From Octopus vulgaris (taxonomy: Eukaryota), in NCBI GenBank assembly GCA_951406725.2, contig OX597825.1:53816001-53880000 (forward strand): a stretch of DNA of 64,000 nt, given 5' to 3'. Shown here in pieces: positions 14,326 through 26,539 of the stretch. The notes under the pieces are model-generated. The model was given only the letters and a program-made list of their open reading frames with translations. It ran no database searches and had not been told where the DNA came from. The first letter of the stretch is position 1, and every line of letters begins with the position of its first letter. The translations under genes and the position numbers were made by a program.

Positions 14326-14770
14326 GTTCTGTATGTTTTGTTTTATGCATGTATTCTCTTGAATATATTTGCATATCTAGAAACGTTCATATATATGATA
14401 AATGATAAACTTCTAGAAGGTATTACTCAATTTTACAGTTCTCGTGATGGATTGGATCAATTGTCTTCGAATTAGCTTTCTCCTTTCTGATCTGGAGAAG
14501 TCTAATTTCTCAAGATTGGTATTTAGGTTGTGTGTTATATATCCCAGGTCCCCAATATGGATAGAAGTAACTGGACGTTTTCTCTATAGTTCAGCGTAGA
14601 TGTTCTCTTTTTCACCGATCTTCAGCTTTATGTTAATATATGCTGAGTAGCTACTTTCCTCAACTGTACACAGTTTCTTTTCTGCATCCCAAACCATTAT
14701 ATCATGTTTTTTGTGCTTATATTTTATTGAGGTCTTTTATTGAGGTCTAAATCTCTGTCGCCTTGTTTTC
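14150..14770 (-). mobile_element. 3' end of an RLE-encoding (R4/NeSL-type) non-LTR retrotransposon, decayed
   Basis: Minus-strand translation HKKHDIMVWDAEKKLCTVEE...NIKLKIGEKENIYAEL...IGDLGYI resembles the PD-(D/E)xK restriction-like endonuclease C-terminus; contains stops. Confidence 0.65.
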
Positions 14771-14904
14771 GGTTTAGGTAGAGGCGGTCTACGTCACTTT
14801 ATGTATAAATTATGTGTGCTTTGTAATATTTTACAGATTTCCACACCAATAGCTCGGATCTCATCTCGCGCATATATGTATGTATGTATATATGTATGTT
14901 CTCT

Positions 14905-15137
14905 TTTTTTCTTTTATGTGTTTCTGTCATTTGACTGTGGCCATGCTGGAGCATCGCTTTTAGCCGAGCGAATCGACCCCAGGACTTATTCTCTGGAAGC
15001 CTAGTACTTCTACCGGTCTTTTGCCGAACCGCAAAAATTACGGGAACGTAAACACACCACCACCGGTTGTCAAGCAATGTTGGGGGGACAAACACAGACC
15101 CACAAACATATACACACACAAACGTATACACACACGT

Positions 15138-15174
<37 letters not shown>

Positions 15175-15346
15175 TATATACGACGGGCTTCTTTCAGTTT
15201 CCGTCTACCAAATCCACTCACAAGGCATTGGTCGGCTCGAGACTATACTAGAAGATACTTGCCCAAAGTACCAAGCAGTGGGAATGAACCCAGAACCATG
15301 TGGTTGGTAAGCAAGCTACTTACCACACAGCCACTCCTGCGCCTAT
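14905..15346 (-). mobile_element. Near full-length tRNA-derived SINE with internal (CA)/(TA) tract (OR-like)
   Basis: A-box TGGCTGTGTGG, B-box GGTTCATTCC, body TTGGGCAAG...GTAGACGGAAACTGAAAGAAGCCCGTCG, tail GCTCCAGCATGGCCACAGTCAAATGAC. Confidence 0.85.
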
Positions 15347-16479
15347 GTACGTGCGTATATGTAATTTGAACATCTACACACCCCTACACGAGCATGTATG
15401 TATATGTGTGTGAGTGTCGGTGTGGATAATCTTACATTGCACGGATCTTCAACCCTATTAGACTCCTGTATGTATTTCAGAGGATTACCCATGTTCCTTA
15501 TTAAAGTTTTCATTCCTTAGTTTCGGATAATAACGTCTGTTGTCTAGTAATGATTCAACACCATCACGACGCGATTATCTGAACGATGAGGTTGCTATTA
15601 TCATTTCTATTAGAGAGTCACTGAAGCAGTGGATATTTTAAAATGTCTATGTACATCAGTCTTCTTCTATATATCCAGATTTGTTTCCTATGTTGATTTA
15701 CTGTATGAATACTGAATTGATATATTCGCTTACCTACTCTAGAACTTACCACACTTTGTCTAGAAATTGAGAATTTAGCCGGGAAACGTTTCATGCTTTA
15801 TCGAAAAATATTTCATCGGTGAAATAGATATATCAAAATTATTTCATTAGATTTGTAGATCAGTACAGATATTTCACATATTATTCCACATTCTCTCAAT
15901 ATAAATGTTACTGACTTCTTTTCAAATATGTTCCTTTGAACTTCTTTATTATTCATAGTGATTCGTTTTCTCCTCCTTTACATTCTAGTACAACTCACCA
16001 TCTTTTCTCTCTATTCGTCTCTGTCTCTTTCTATGTATATCTGAATACGTGTTTATATTTCTGTGCCGCTTTCTACTCTTTTTCTCTTTATCGCCCCTCT
16101 CCATTTCTCTATATATCTCTCTAACAAATCTATTTTCGTCTTATCTCACTCACCGTCTTACTCTGACTCTCTCTCTCTCTCTCATTAACTTCAGCTCTGT
16201 CTCTGTATCTGTCTTTCCCCGTGACCTTTTCCCTAATAATGTATGTATTCTAAGAAAATACTGCCTCTAAGCGACACCTTATGAACTATTTTGTTCTGAA
16301 ATAAATAGTAAAATTAGGGCAGAAAATTTCGTATCTCAGACAATCTTTTAAGCTTTCTCAAAGTTAATATCAAATTATCAATTTATCGCAGGGCACCTAC
16401 ATATATATATGTGTGTGTGTGTGTGTGTATGTGTGTGTGTGTGTGCGTGTGTGTGTATGTGTATGTATATGTATACATA

Positions 16480-16547
<68 letters not shown>

Positions 16548-16558
16548 TATACATACAA

Positions 16559-16589
<31 letters not shown>

Positions 16590-17130
16590 TATGTGTGTGT
16601 GTGTGTGTTTGTATATGTATGTGTATAGGAGAGAGAGTGAATGTGTCTGTTTGCGTGTCTGTGTGTTCTCATATGTCTAAATGAATAGTCATAATGAGCA
16701 AATATATATACATCTTAAATGTGCATTCAAGTACATACATACAGAACACACACCCTGCAAGTGCATATAACAACTAGATGTCATTGGGCAAACAAACAGT
16801 TGCATAATCAAGTACCTGTATTCCTGGGGAACTACGTTGCGTCGAAACAATTGTAGCGATTAAAAAATAACTGCCCAACCGTGCTCTTGTAGATATATAG
16901 ACTGTGTTCATAAATATATCTATAATCGTATTTGCATGTGAATGGACGTATACAGGTTGATGATGTGTGTGTATGTGTATGTGTGCGTGTGTGTTCGCAT
17001 GTGATGGGTGTCATATGTATATAAACATGTATGCGGGACGGGTATGTTGTACATCATATATGTCTACAAATTCTTTATCCACGTATTCTGTTTTATATTT
17101 TATGTAGGTGTTTGTTCATGCACGTGTGAG

Positions 17131-17193
<63 letters not shown>

Positions 17194-17495
17194 CATATAT
17201 ATGCATATAATATACATACATATATATATATATACATATAAATATATGCATACGTACATATATACATGCATACATACATACATACAAACATATGACAAAA
17301 CAGGTAATTGGAATTTTTTCGTATTCTTTTCTAACCATTACACATGTTTCATTTGTTACTAGGAATTACAGAGTGTTACATGTTATATACTCAGTCAGGA
17401 AAATTATATAATAGTTAGGTCTTTTTATTGTCGTTTTCGATGTTGTTGAACCTGGAACCATGTGGTTGGTAAGGAATCTACTTACCACACAGTTA

Positions 17496-17543
<48 letters not shown>

Positions 17544-17544
<1 letters not shown>

Positions 17545-17740
17545 TTTATTTAAAGCAGCAGAAAATTCAACAAAACCTGTTACTCTGTTTCAAAAACTGT
17601 CCGATGAACGGCAACGGGAAACTCAGAGTAACAGGTTTTGTTGAATTTTCTGCTGCTTTAAATAAAGCATATTACTCTACCACTGGTATTTGAGTACTCT
17701 TCCTTCCACCTTGTTTCACATTTATGTGTTTACTCCGGTA
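17544..17740 (+). mobile_element. Short fold-back element: perfect 44-bp inverted repeat enclosing a hammerhead-like motif
   Basis: Arms 17544-17587 and 17624-17667; lies between (TA)n and (GA)n(TA)n tracts. Confidence 0.75.
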
Positions 17741-17771
17741 GAGAGAGAGAGAGAGAGATATATATATATAT

Positions 17772-17804
<33 letters not shown>

Positions 17805-17809
<5 letters not shown>

Positions 17810-19215
17810 AAAAAAAATACAAGTCAGAAAATGCTATTATAATTTTATTATGAAATTCATTTTGTAACGGTTAGTAAGATTTTCCGTCTTTTCGACATTT
17901 TCAACAGAGTTAAACGAAAGTGGATATTGATTAAGATGAAAAAACAATTAAATTGAAGAAAAAATTAAATTAAATGTTTTGTAAATATTTCCATAGTCTT
18001 CAAATAGGTAGGACATTTTCCTTTCTTTTCCTCTCTCTTTCTTCCCCTTTGTGAAGACTCGTAAGGTAGCAGCATCTTTAAGGAAATAGTATTTATGGGC
18101 GGGGAGGAATATTTGGTCCGGAAGTTTGATTGTTTAAGCAGCAACAGCTGAGGGAGTAGAAGAAGAAGAAGAAGAAGAAGAAGAAGAAGAAGAAGAAGAA
18201 GAAGAAGAAGAAGAAGAAGAAGAAGAAGAAGAAGAAGAAGAAGAAGAAGAAGAAAGGAGTGGTTTGACCCAGTAGTAAAGGCTATCCGTATACGTTAGTT
18301 AGGTTTTTTTACTGTCGGTTTCGATGTTGTTGACGAGTGTACTTGGGCTTCATATGTGTTTCCGAAAACCCAATATGTGTTAACGTACTTTGGGTTTCGA
18401 GAGCAGTACATTAGTCAAACAAAGAACAGTTTACGCCAAAGATGACTGTATATAGTTCCCAGGTTAAGATACGGGAATACAGATAAATAGAATTAAGTTA
18501 ACGCATCAACATTTGCGCCACTATTGAACAATCCAAGTTTATAATTTTGCTCTCTGAAAATTTAGGGACAATGCAACCTACAATCGGCCCACTAACAAAC
18601 AATCATATTTTATCGCAAAATATAAACCTCTTTCGAATGCTTCCTCCACAGATGACTCTACTACAAGTATCTCAGAATAATAAACACGCAAATATTAAAA
18701 ACAATAGATATATTAAGAACAATCGCTACCCATGAACTTATTTACAACAGTTCCTACCACTACTGCTACAACTACAACATGGCACTTTTAAGACACTTGT
18801 CAATTAAAGTAGATTCTACGGACAGCCTCTACTACTCGGTCATATCACTTGTTCTTGTTCTTGTTCTTGTTCTTCTTCTACTACTACTACTACTACTACT
18901 ACTAATTTTCTTCTTCCTCCTCTTTGCCTCCCCCTCCCCTTTCTTTGCCTTCCCCTCCTCTTCTTCACCTTCTCCTCCCTCAGCGGCTACTGCTGATTAA
19001 ACCGTCAAACTTCATGCACAAATATTTCTCTGCCCACATAAACACTATTTTTCCAGATTTGACATTACGTTACGAAACTTCACAAAGCAAAAGGGAGAGA
19101 CAAAAAAAATGAAAATGTCCCACCTATTTCAAGACTGAGGAAATATTTACAAAACATTTCATTTAATCTTTTCTTCAATTTAATTGCTTTTCTTCTTAAT
19201 TAATAGCCACTACGA
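17805..19215 (+). mobile_element. Decayed Penelope-like element: GIY-YIG relic with inverted termini (17920-18160 and 18960-19210)
   Basis: 18345-18450 reads FICVSEN..YVLTYFGFREQYISQTKNSLRQR, homologous to the 55.8-kb element; termini are reverse complements (AAATGTTTTGTAAATATTTCC versus GGAAATATTTACAAAACATTT). Confidence 0.7.
18158..18255. repeat. (GAA)n microsatellite
   Basis: Pure trinucleotide tract. Confidence 0.95.
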
Positions 19216-19975
19216 TGATAACCTCTTAATTTAATCTCCCATCCTTGACCTCTCTATTTCTTCTTCTTTGCCTTCCTCTTATGTTTTATATCTGGCTATC
19301 ATTTTAAAGAAATAATTTAACATGACATTGTCCATTGATTGTTTTATTACGCAAAGGCCGATGTAATCTGGCAAATCTTCGGTTTGTCTTCACAATCTTC
19401 ATTGTTACCAAAACAAGAGTGTCAATCCGCATTCCACATCTTGGTATTTTTTCTGTAAACCATATTTTAAATTTTTTATTCACTCCAATACAACTTTATT
19501 TTTTCGTGGTGTAATCGAATTATTTATCGATAAAGAAAACGCGTCTGAAACAGTTGTAATGAATCTTTAACCCATTTATTTTTTATGGTATAGGTTCGTT
19601 TGTACGTGCGTGCGTATGTGAATGTGTATGTTTATAAACATGTAAAGGGGACATGTATATTGTACACGTCTACAAATTCTTTGTCCAGATATATTCTATG
19701 TGTTTATTGAATCATATGAATGTTTACACCCACATACAAACACACATATATGAATAAACATACATATCGATATATTCATTATATATATATATATATAATA
19801 ATAATAAGGGTAAATAATTTCTATAATGGTTTTTAAAAAAAGACCACAATTATTTACTGGTAGAATTCGGTATGTAACTATAGCCGATTACCGGCAGGAA
19901 CTTCTGTAAAGTTCAGGAATCGGCTATATATATATATAATATGTATGTAAATATAGCCGATTACCGGCAGGAACT

Positions 19976-20032
<57 letters not shown>

Positions 20033-20033
<1 letters not shown>

Positions 20034-20235
20034 ACGGGAAGCTTTATGAAAATAAACAAAAGATGAAGGCAGGTGGAATACAAACAAACAATTGTATTGG
20101 TATGGCGCTCAGGAATATAAATAAAACAAGTCTTTTACGTTTCGAGCCTACGCTCTTCAACAGACAGATACACAGAAAAGAAACGGAAAGAAACAAGGAG
20201 AGAAAAAATGCGTGCAGAAGGAATCAACATGGCGA

Positions 20236-20237
<2 letters not shown>
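20033..20237 (-). mobile_element. Family C hammerhead-carrying element between two (TA)n tracts
   Basis: Minus strand CUGUUGA-A-GAGC-GUAG-GCUC-GAAAC-GUA at 20131-20168, then UUCCUGAGCG. Confidence 0.7.
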
Positions 20238-20277
<40 letters not shown>

Positions 20278-20282
20278 GTATA

Positions 20283-20333
<51 letters not shown>

Positions 20334-20597
20334 AAAAGAATTCAACCTTGTCTGATTTTCACGTTTTATTTACATCTTATAATGATATATTATAAGATAA
20401 TATATTATAATTGAATAAAATAAAAATAGTAGAATGTTAAATATTCATTCTGATTGCTAGAAGCTGCAATCTTCGGGTTCGACAATCAATTTTTGACTGT
20501 AGCAAGATGATGATATAAATACAGCTGGGTATATATGCAAACTGTATTCTGACCAATCAGTGTGTAGTATCACTCAATTACTTTATATATATGTATA

Positions 20598-20671
<74 letters not shown>

Positions 20672-21068
20672 CATTATTTATTCACCATTACACATTTACA
20701 TTTGCTAATAGGAATTCGAAATTTTACATGTCACATAGACATGTAAGGAATTTCGAATTAGAAATTCTTCAGTTACAGAAGTTATATAATTTATGAGCAG
20801 AATTTAGTTTAATTGAAATATGTTTGTCACATATTTCAACTGCTAAAGTCAAATACATTACATTTACCGTGGAGAAAAAATTTCACTTGTTTGTCACATA
20901 TTTTAACTAACCTAAATTCTTCTCATACTTAAAGACAACTTTGCACCTATGCTCCGTTAATTAATTTGATTGGCTGAACTAGTTACGGAAATCAGTCAAC
21001 GTGTTCACTGAATTATAAAGAAAGCTGTAGCTCTATTAAGTTCGTTCAGAGTTGCAACTTTTAGGTAG

Positions 21069-21115
21069 ATCTCATTGACAAGAGTCAAAAACCTCGAAAC
21101 ATCGATGTCTGAGAT
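21069..21115 (+). ncRNA. Type I hammerhead ribozyme, U3:A8 core variant
   Basis: AUCUCA-UUGACAA-GAG-UCAAAAAC-CUC-GAAA-CAUCGAUG-UC-UGAGAU: 6-bp stem I, 3-bp stem II, palindromic stem III, GUC cleavage triplet. Confidence 0.7.
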
Positions 21116-21384
21116 AGATAGTCTCCCTATATTTTTATGAGATATCTTTTAATCACGAGCACTCGATTACTTTTTTTTTTCTGAAAGGGGAAAAATTACT
21201 ATTTGATTTAAAATACAATAGTAATCTTTATTATCTTATCTAAAGACAGAATAACAGAAAGAGAGAGACTATCTCTCTGCAGAGGAAGATCGTTTACAAT
21301 GAGGATCTCATAAGAATGGAAAAGCAAACAACAAATGGGTTGTACCTTATAATGAAACTCTTTTAAGAGCATCCAAATGCCACT

Positions 21385-21755
21385 GTAGAGCTGTAATCGT
21401 TGCTTCAGTGGGGTAAATGAAGCCTTCTGAGTGAATTTAGTAGATGGAAACTGAAAGATAGTTATTGTGAATATTTGTGTGTGCGTGTGTATGTGCGTGT
21501 GCGTGTATGTGTGTTTGTCTGTGTGCCTGTGTGTTTGTGTGTTTGTGTTTGTGTTTACCCATAACCACCGATTGACAACAGGTGATGGTGTATTTATGTC
21601 CCTGTATATTTGCGGTTCAGGAATAGAGTCCGACAGAATAAGAACCATGGTTATAAATAAGTTGTAGTACCGATTGCTTCGACTGAAATAACTTCAGGCG
21701 GTACCCCAGTATGGCTGCAGTGTAATGATTGAAACAAATAACAAAATAAAAATTA
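21385..21755 (+). mobile_element. OR-like SINE, 5' decayed
   Basis: GTAGATGGAAACTGAAAG, (GT)n, TTGACAAC..GGTGTATTTATGTCCC, CCCCAGTATGGCTGCAG. Confidence 0.75.
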
Positions 21756-22149
21756 TATAAACAAACAAACACACACACATATATATAAGCTAAAAAGCTA
21801 GTTCTAAATTCTCTATAAGAGATGATTGCAATATCTGTTCTAGCAAGTGATGTTCGTAGTAAATTTCGGTCGAACGGAACGACCGAAATTTACTACGATT
21901 TTTTTAACCCCAAAAGGAGGACATCTCTAATTGGTTAACAATGCACAGTTCTATCCAATATATTGCGAGCAGTGGAGAGAACCCATACCCACTTCTAGGG
22001 ACACATATATATGTTTGTACACGTTTATATGCGTGTGCATAAATGCATGAAGTTGTGACTAGCTTGAGTGCATTTAAGTATTTGCAATCATAAGTATTCC
22101 AGCTTAATTTTCTTGAATGGCCGAATGAGTACGATAATTAATATAAACT

Positions 22150-22512
22150 CTTTAAATATGATCCCCCGGAAAGTTCTTTGCAATAACGTTACTTCACAAA
22201 GGACGTAGCATGGCGTTCGGAGAGTCTCCCCAGGTCGAGTTGCTACATCTCCTAATTGGGAGGTCACAGTTCCAGTACCATGGACATGTGATAAGAATGT
22301 CGCTGGGAAGGATTACAAGATGGATTCTTCAAGACGAACAAACCGGAAGGACACGAAGTGGTATACCAAGAATGAGATAATATCCATAGTCTCAATTAGT
22401 CAGGTGAATCCAGGTGGTCGCTTGTGATAGGAACTACAAAGGACGTGCCTGAGGATTGTACACCAATTACACTTGCAGTAATAATGGGTGGAGAAGATGG
22501 ATGGATGGATAC
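22150..22512 (+). mobile_element. RTE-clade LINE 3' end, decayed
   Basis: Translates VELLHLLIGRSQFQYHGHVIRMSLGRITRWILQDEQTGRTRSGIPR (GHVxRM...GRxxxGxPR motif); (GATG)n tail. Confidence 0.7.
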
Positions 22513-23285
22513 ACAATATTCAACTAGTTTCTGTTATACATTTACCTTTTCACTTCATACTATCAGATCATTTTGTAATCTATTCTGACCTGTGGAATAT
22601 TTTTAGTTACCTTGAACATTAGGTTTCCATTGTATTGTTATTTTTATATTCCCAATTATAATCTCTATATTTATTTATAAAGGTTGATGTAATAAATATA
22701 TCATTGGTTCATCATAGCCTTTCTCACTATTCATATAATTGAACATCTTCTGTACGTATTAAAAAAAACATCTGCAATGCAGATTCTGAGATATATCTTT
22801 TTATTGCTTGTACAAACCGGCATTCACTTCCTCTCCTAAAGCTAAATCCATCTCTCTTAATGTGAACGCTAAAATATCTAGTTTGTGATAGACTCTGACC
22901 TGCCCATTCCTCAAACTAATTATAGATTATTTTATTTATATGAAATAAACATATCTTACATGATATGACGTATAACATTTCTTCTCTCCCCCCCTCTCTC
23001 TCTCTCTCTCACACACACCATTTTGATAATAATTATGCATTATTTTATTTATATAAATTGAAAATTGTTTATATTACACTATTACTTAGGGAATTCATTC
23101 TCCTCCCTACATCTGATCAAACTAGAATGCGCAACGTCTCTTATTTTTTGTGTTTTTAACTGCTTCACATTCCCCCAGTCCTTTATTGCTGCACATTAGC
23201 CAATTTAATATCCTTAGGTCATTATCCATTCACTCGCTTCTCGTTACCAGCCCTTCTCGAGTTTCAATGATTTGTCTTAACATCC

Positions 23286-23570
23286 AAGGGTCTTCAACCA
23301 CTCTACTACAGGTCAGTACCGTGCTGTGACTCATTAGGTCCAAAACGGCAGAGAAAGAAAAAATTTCCAAAATCATATTTCTATTTTATTTGCGATCGCA
23401 ATCTACAGGACGTTTTTGCATTATAAATGTATTACATACGTAATGATTAAATCATATATTATGCACTTTATTGTGTTTTGTAATGTTGTAATACACATAT
23501 CCCGCGCGAACCGTAGAAATCTTGTCTTACATGAAACCGTTGCATGCTACAAACATGTTGGGGATCGCTG
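23286..23570. mobile_element. hAT (Charlie/MER1-like) MITE
   Basis: Termini CAAGGGTCTTCAACC and GTTGGGGATCGCTG; subterminal TTGTCTTACATGAAACCG resembles this family; no clear TSD. Confidence 0.6.
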
Positions 23571-24829
23571 TTATAAAGTGTGGGTAATTCTAAAAACATG
23601 ACATTTCTTTCCGTAAAACTTTTCAATTAGTTTCGTTATGCTTCTGTTCAACTACTAAATTTGTGAGTGTTGTCAATATTATAGCCTCAAATACATTTAT
23701 TTCTCTGCTGACCTTTAAAAGCAGTCAACAATTTACCCCGCAAGAAGTACATCGACATCAAATTTATACATTTTGCTTCAATGCAAAATGTTCTCTATGC
23801 AAAATTATTCGGCTGTTGATCTTCCAAATTAGCTATCGTCTATCCCATATTTCCAAAAATAATTTTCCACAGAATTTAGTTCATAAGTTGCCTATAACTA
23901 ATTTCCTCTATCTCATTCCATATCACACCAGTGCAAATGGAGCTTCGAGTAAATGTTAAACTACGAACAAATTGTTAATAATTTTACTAGATCTTCATAG
24001 ATTCAATTATAATTTATTGGATATTACCAGCCAAGGAACACCTGCAACAAAATAAAAAAAATTGGTTTACATAATTATTAGATCATTTTCTGATTTATTT
24101 GCATTTTACTAATTATCAAATATTTGTATCAGCTCACTTTAAATAGCCCAGCATTAAGATTTTGTGGTATATATCAGCATTTTATTTTAAAATACTATTC
24201 ACTGCATAATGCATTTGAAACTTTCATTATTTGCTTATCTCATATTTGCGTCGTTACTACTCTTCGCTGTAACAACTAATGATATCAGAGACCTTTTAAC
24301 TCAGCCAATCTTTTCCCTATAGTGTTTTGAGCCAATTATTCTCAATTTCAGTATTAAGCCAATATAATTTGCCAGTCTTCATTTCATCTAATTTTACCAT
24401 TTACTTCAAACATGAACCGTCACACACATTGAAATACTCAAAGGGTTTCACTAACAAATACATTTCGTTTACCTGATCAGAAATTACCTTCTCTATCAAC
24501 GATTAAATCAAATTTGGCACACTGGAATTCCCTCTCTGCTCATGTCCTTCCTCAAATTGAAGAATGTGCAACTGTCTAAGTTGAAAGTAAAAGATAACTT
24601 TTTTTACCGATCTCGGAGGACCTACGAAAATCATCTGCATTGCACCTCACTTCAGAACTAGCAAATGAAATAAGTAAATAAATACTACTAAATTTTACTT
24701 TTTTTTTATTATTCATTCTCTGCCTCTGATACCTGAAAATATATATGAAAACGTTTCTCAACCAAATCAAAGTACGTTTTTGTTTTACAAATACCCTCAC
24801 AGACAAGATTCTATAAATATAGCAATCAC

Positions 24830-25002
24830 TGATTGACAGTTGGTATTCGTGTGTTTAGGTCCCAGGATCTTAGCGGGTCGGAAAAAAGATAGCGATAGAA
24901 TAAGTACCAGGTTTAGAAATAAATGCTGGGTTCGATTCATTCGACTGAAAGATTAAGGCGGTGGCCCAGCATGGCCACAGAATAATGACTAAAACAAGTA
25001 AG

Positions 25003-25005
<3 letters not shown>
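24830..25005 (+). mobile_element. OR-like SINE 3' half
   Basis: GATAGAATAAGTACCAGG...AAGGCGGTGGCCCAGCATGGCCACAG. Confidence 0.7.
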
Positions 25006-25058
<53 letters not shown>

Positions 25059-25231
25059 TGAGAAATAAACATCAGATGAAAATCATATACGTATAAATCC
25101 CATTTTGGCATTGCCTGCAAAAGACGCAGAGAATCGAGCCTCAAGCAAATAAAACTAAACGACACAGAGTGGACATACGAAAGTTTAAAAAAAAATGCAA
25201 TTCAAGACAATGGAGAAAAATGAATTGCGAC

Positions 25232-25281
<50 letters not shown>

Positions 25282-25283
<2 letters not shown>

Positions 25284-25503
25284 TTATTGTCACAAGGGGC
25301 TAAACATAGAGGGGACAAACACAGACAGACAAAGGGATCAAGACGATTACATCGCCCCCAGTGCGTAACTCGTACTTTATTTATCGACCCCGAAAGGATG
25401 GAAGGCAAAGTCGGCCTCGGTGGAATTTGAACTCAGAACGTAATGGCAGACGAAATACCGCTAAGCATTTCCCCCGTCGCGCTAACGTTTCTGCTAGCTC
25501 GCC
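25282..25503 (-). mobile_element. Nin-core SINE, well preserved
   Basis: TTTATCGACCCCGAAAGGATGGAAGGCAAAGTCGGCCTCGGTGGAATTTGAACTCAGAACG...TCTGCTAGCTCGCC; flanked by (TA)n. Confidence 0.9.
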
Positions 25504-25517
25504 TATATATATATATA

Positions 25518-25636
<119 letters not shown>

Positions 25637-25639
25637 GTG

Positions 25640-25800
25640 CTACTGGATTCAGTCCAAATGTGTGGCACCTTGGGCAAGTGTCTTCTACTAAGGCCATCGG
25701 GCGATCCGTAATGAGTTCAATTGTTAGACTGAAACTGAAAGAAGCCCGTCGTATATATTCCTGTATGTGTGTGTGTATCTTAGTGCCTTTGTTTGTCCCC
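25640..25800 (+). mobile_element. OR-like SINE fragment
   Basis: GTGGCACCTTGGGCAAGTGTCTTCTACTA...AAACTGAAAGAAGCCCGTCGTATA. Confidence 0.75.
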
Positions 25801-25899
25801 TCATAGAATAAGAGAAGGTTGTTGTTGCCATCCTTTTTGTCTCGTGAGACAATAGAGTTGCGCATAAAATAATCTGGTCCGGTTTTTACATTTCATGTC

Positions 25900-26535
25900 T
25901 TAATATATCTCCTGCTGTGGCTGTGTAGTCCTATCCTGGACAAACACTCCCTCTGGCAGGTGCCGCAAATGTAGCGAAAACTTTGCCTGGCTGGTTGTAA
26001 TGTTATAGTTTCTTGTTGACGTCTTTTCAAGTCTTTCCATTTCTCCTATCTCTCTGTCACTCCTTTGTGTTCCCTCTTCTACAGTGCGTTGCCAATCTCT
26101 ACGGTTGCTGGCAACTGCTTCCCAGTTGCTAATGTTGATGTCGCAAGCCTTCTTGTCCCTTTTGCTAACATCCTTGTATCGTAAGAACGGTCTTCGCACA
26201 GACCTAGTGCCCCTAGGAAGCTCTCCGTAGAATATGTCCATGGGGATTCTGCCATCTTCCATACGAATAACATGTCCAAGCCATCTCATACGTCTTTGTG
26301 TGAGGAGTGCAAACATACTTGGTATTCCTGCTTGCTTGAGAACATCTTTGTTGGGGACATGATTTTGCCATTTAATGCCAAGGATTATCCGGAGGCAGCG
26401 TAGGTAAAAGATATTTAGGTGACGCTCTTGGCGTGTCTATGGCGTCCAGCTCTCACTGCCATACAGTAGAGTGCTAAGTACACATGCCTGTTAAATCTTC
26501 ATTTTTGTGGTCTTGGTCAGCTTGTTGTCCCATGC
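25900..26535 (-). mobile_element. RTE-clade LINE ORF C-terminus (pseudogenised)
   Basis: ACVLSTLLYGSESW...CLRIILGIKWQNHVPN..VL...QRRMRWLGHVIRMEDGRIP..IFYGEL..G.R...RP.LRYKD. Confidence 0.9.
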
Positions 26536-26539
26536 CCGT

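Noticed and set aside
15260-15346. tRNA-like A and B boxes here and at other SINE heads
   Set aside because: They continue directly into SINE bodies, and I could not build a complete cloverleaf
23900-24740. Minus-strand splice-like sites (acceptor near 24043, donors near 24472 and 24487)
   Set aside because: The candidate exon has stops in all frames, and the plus strand reads HWNSLSAHVLP like a CR1/L2-type LINE tail
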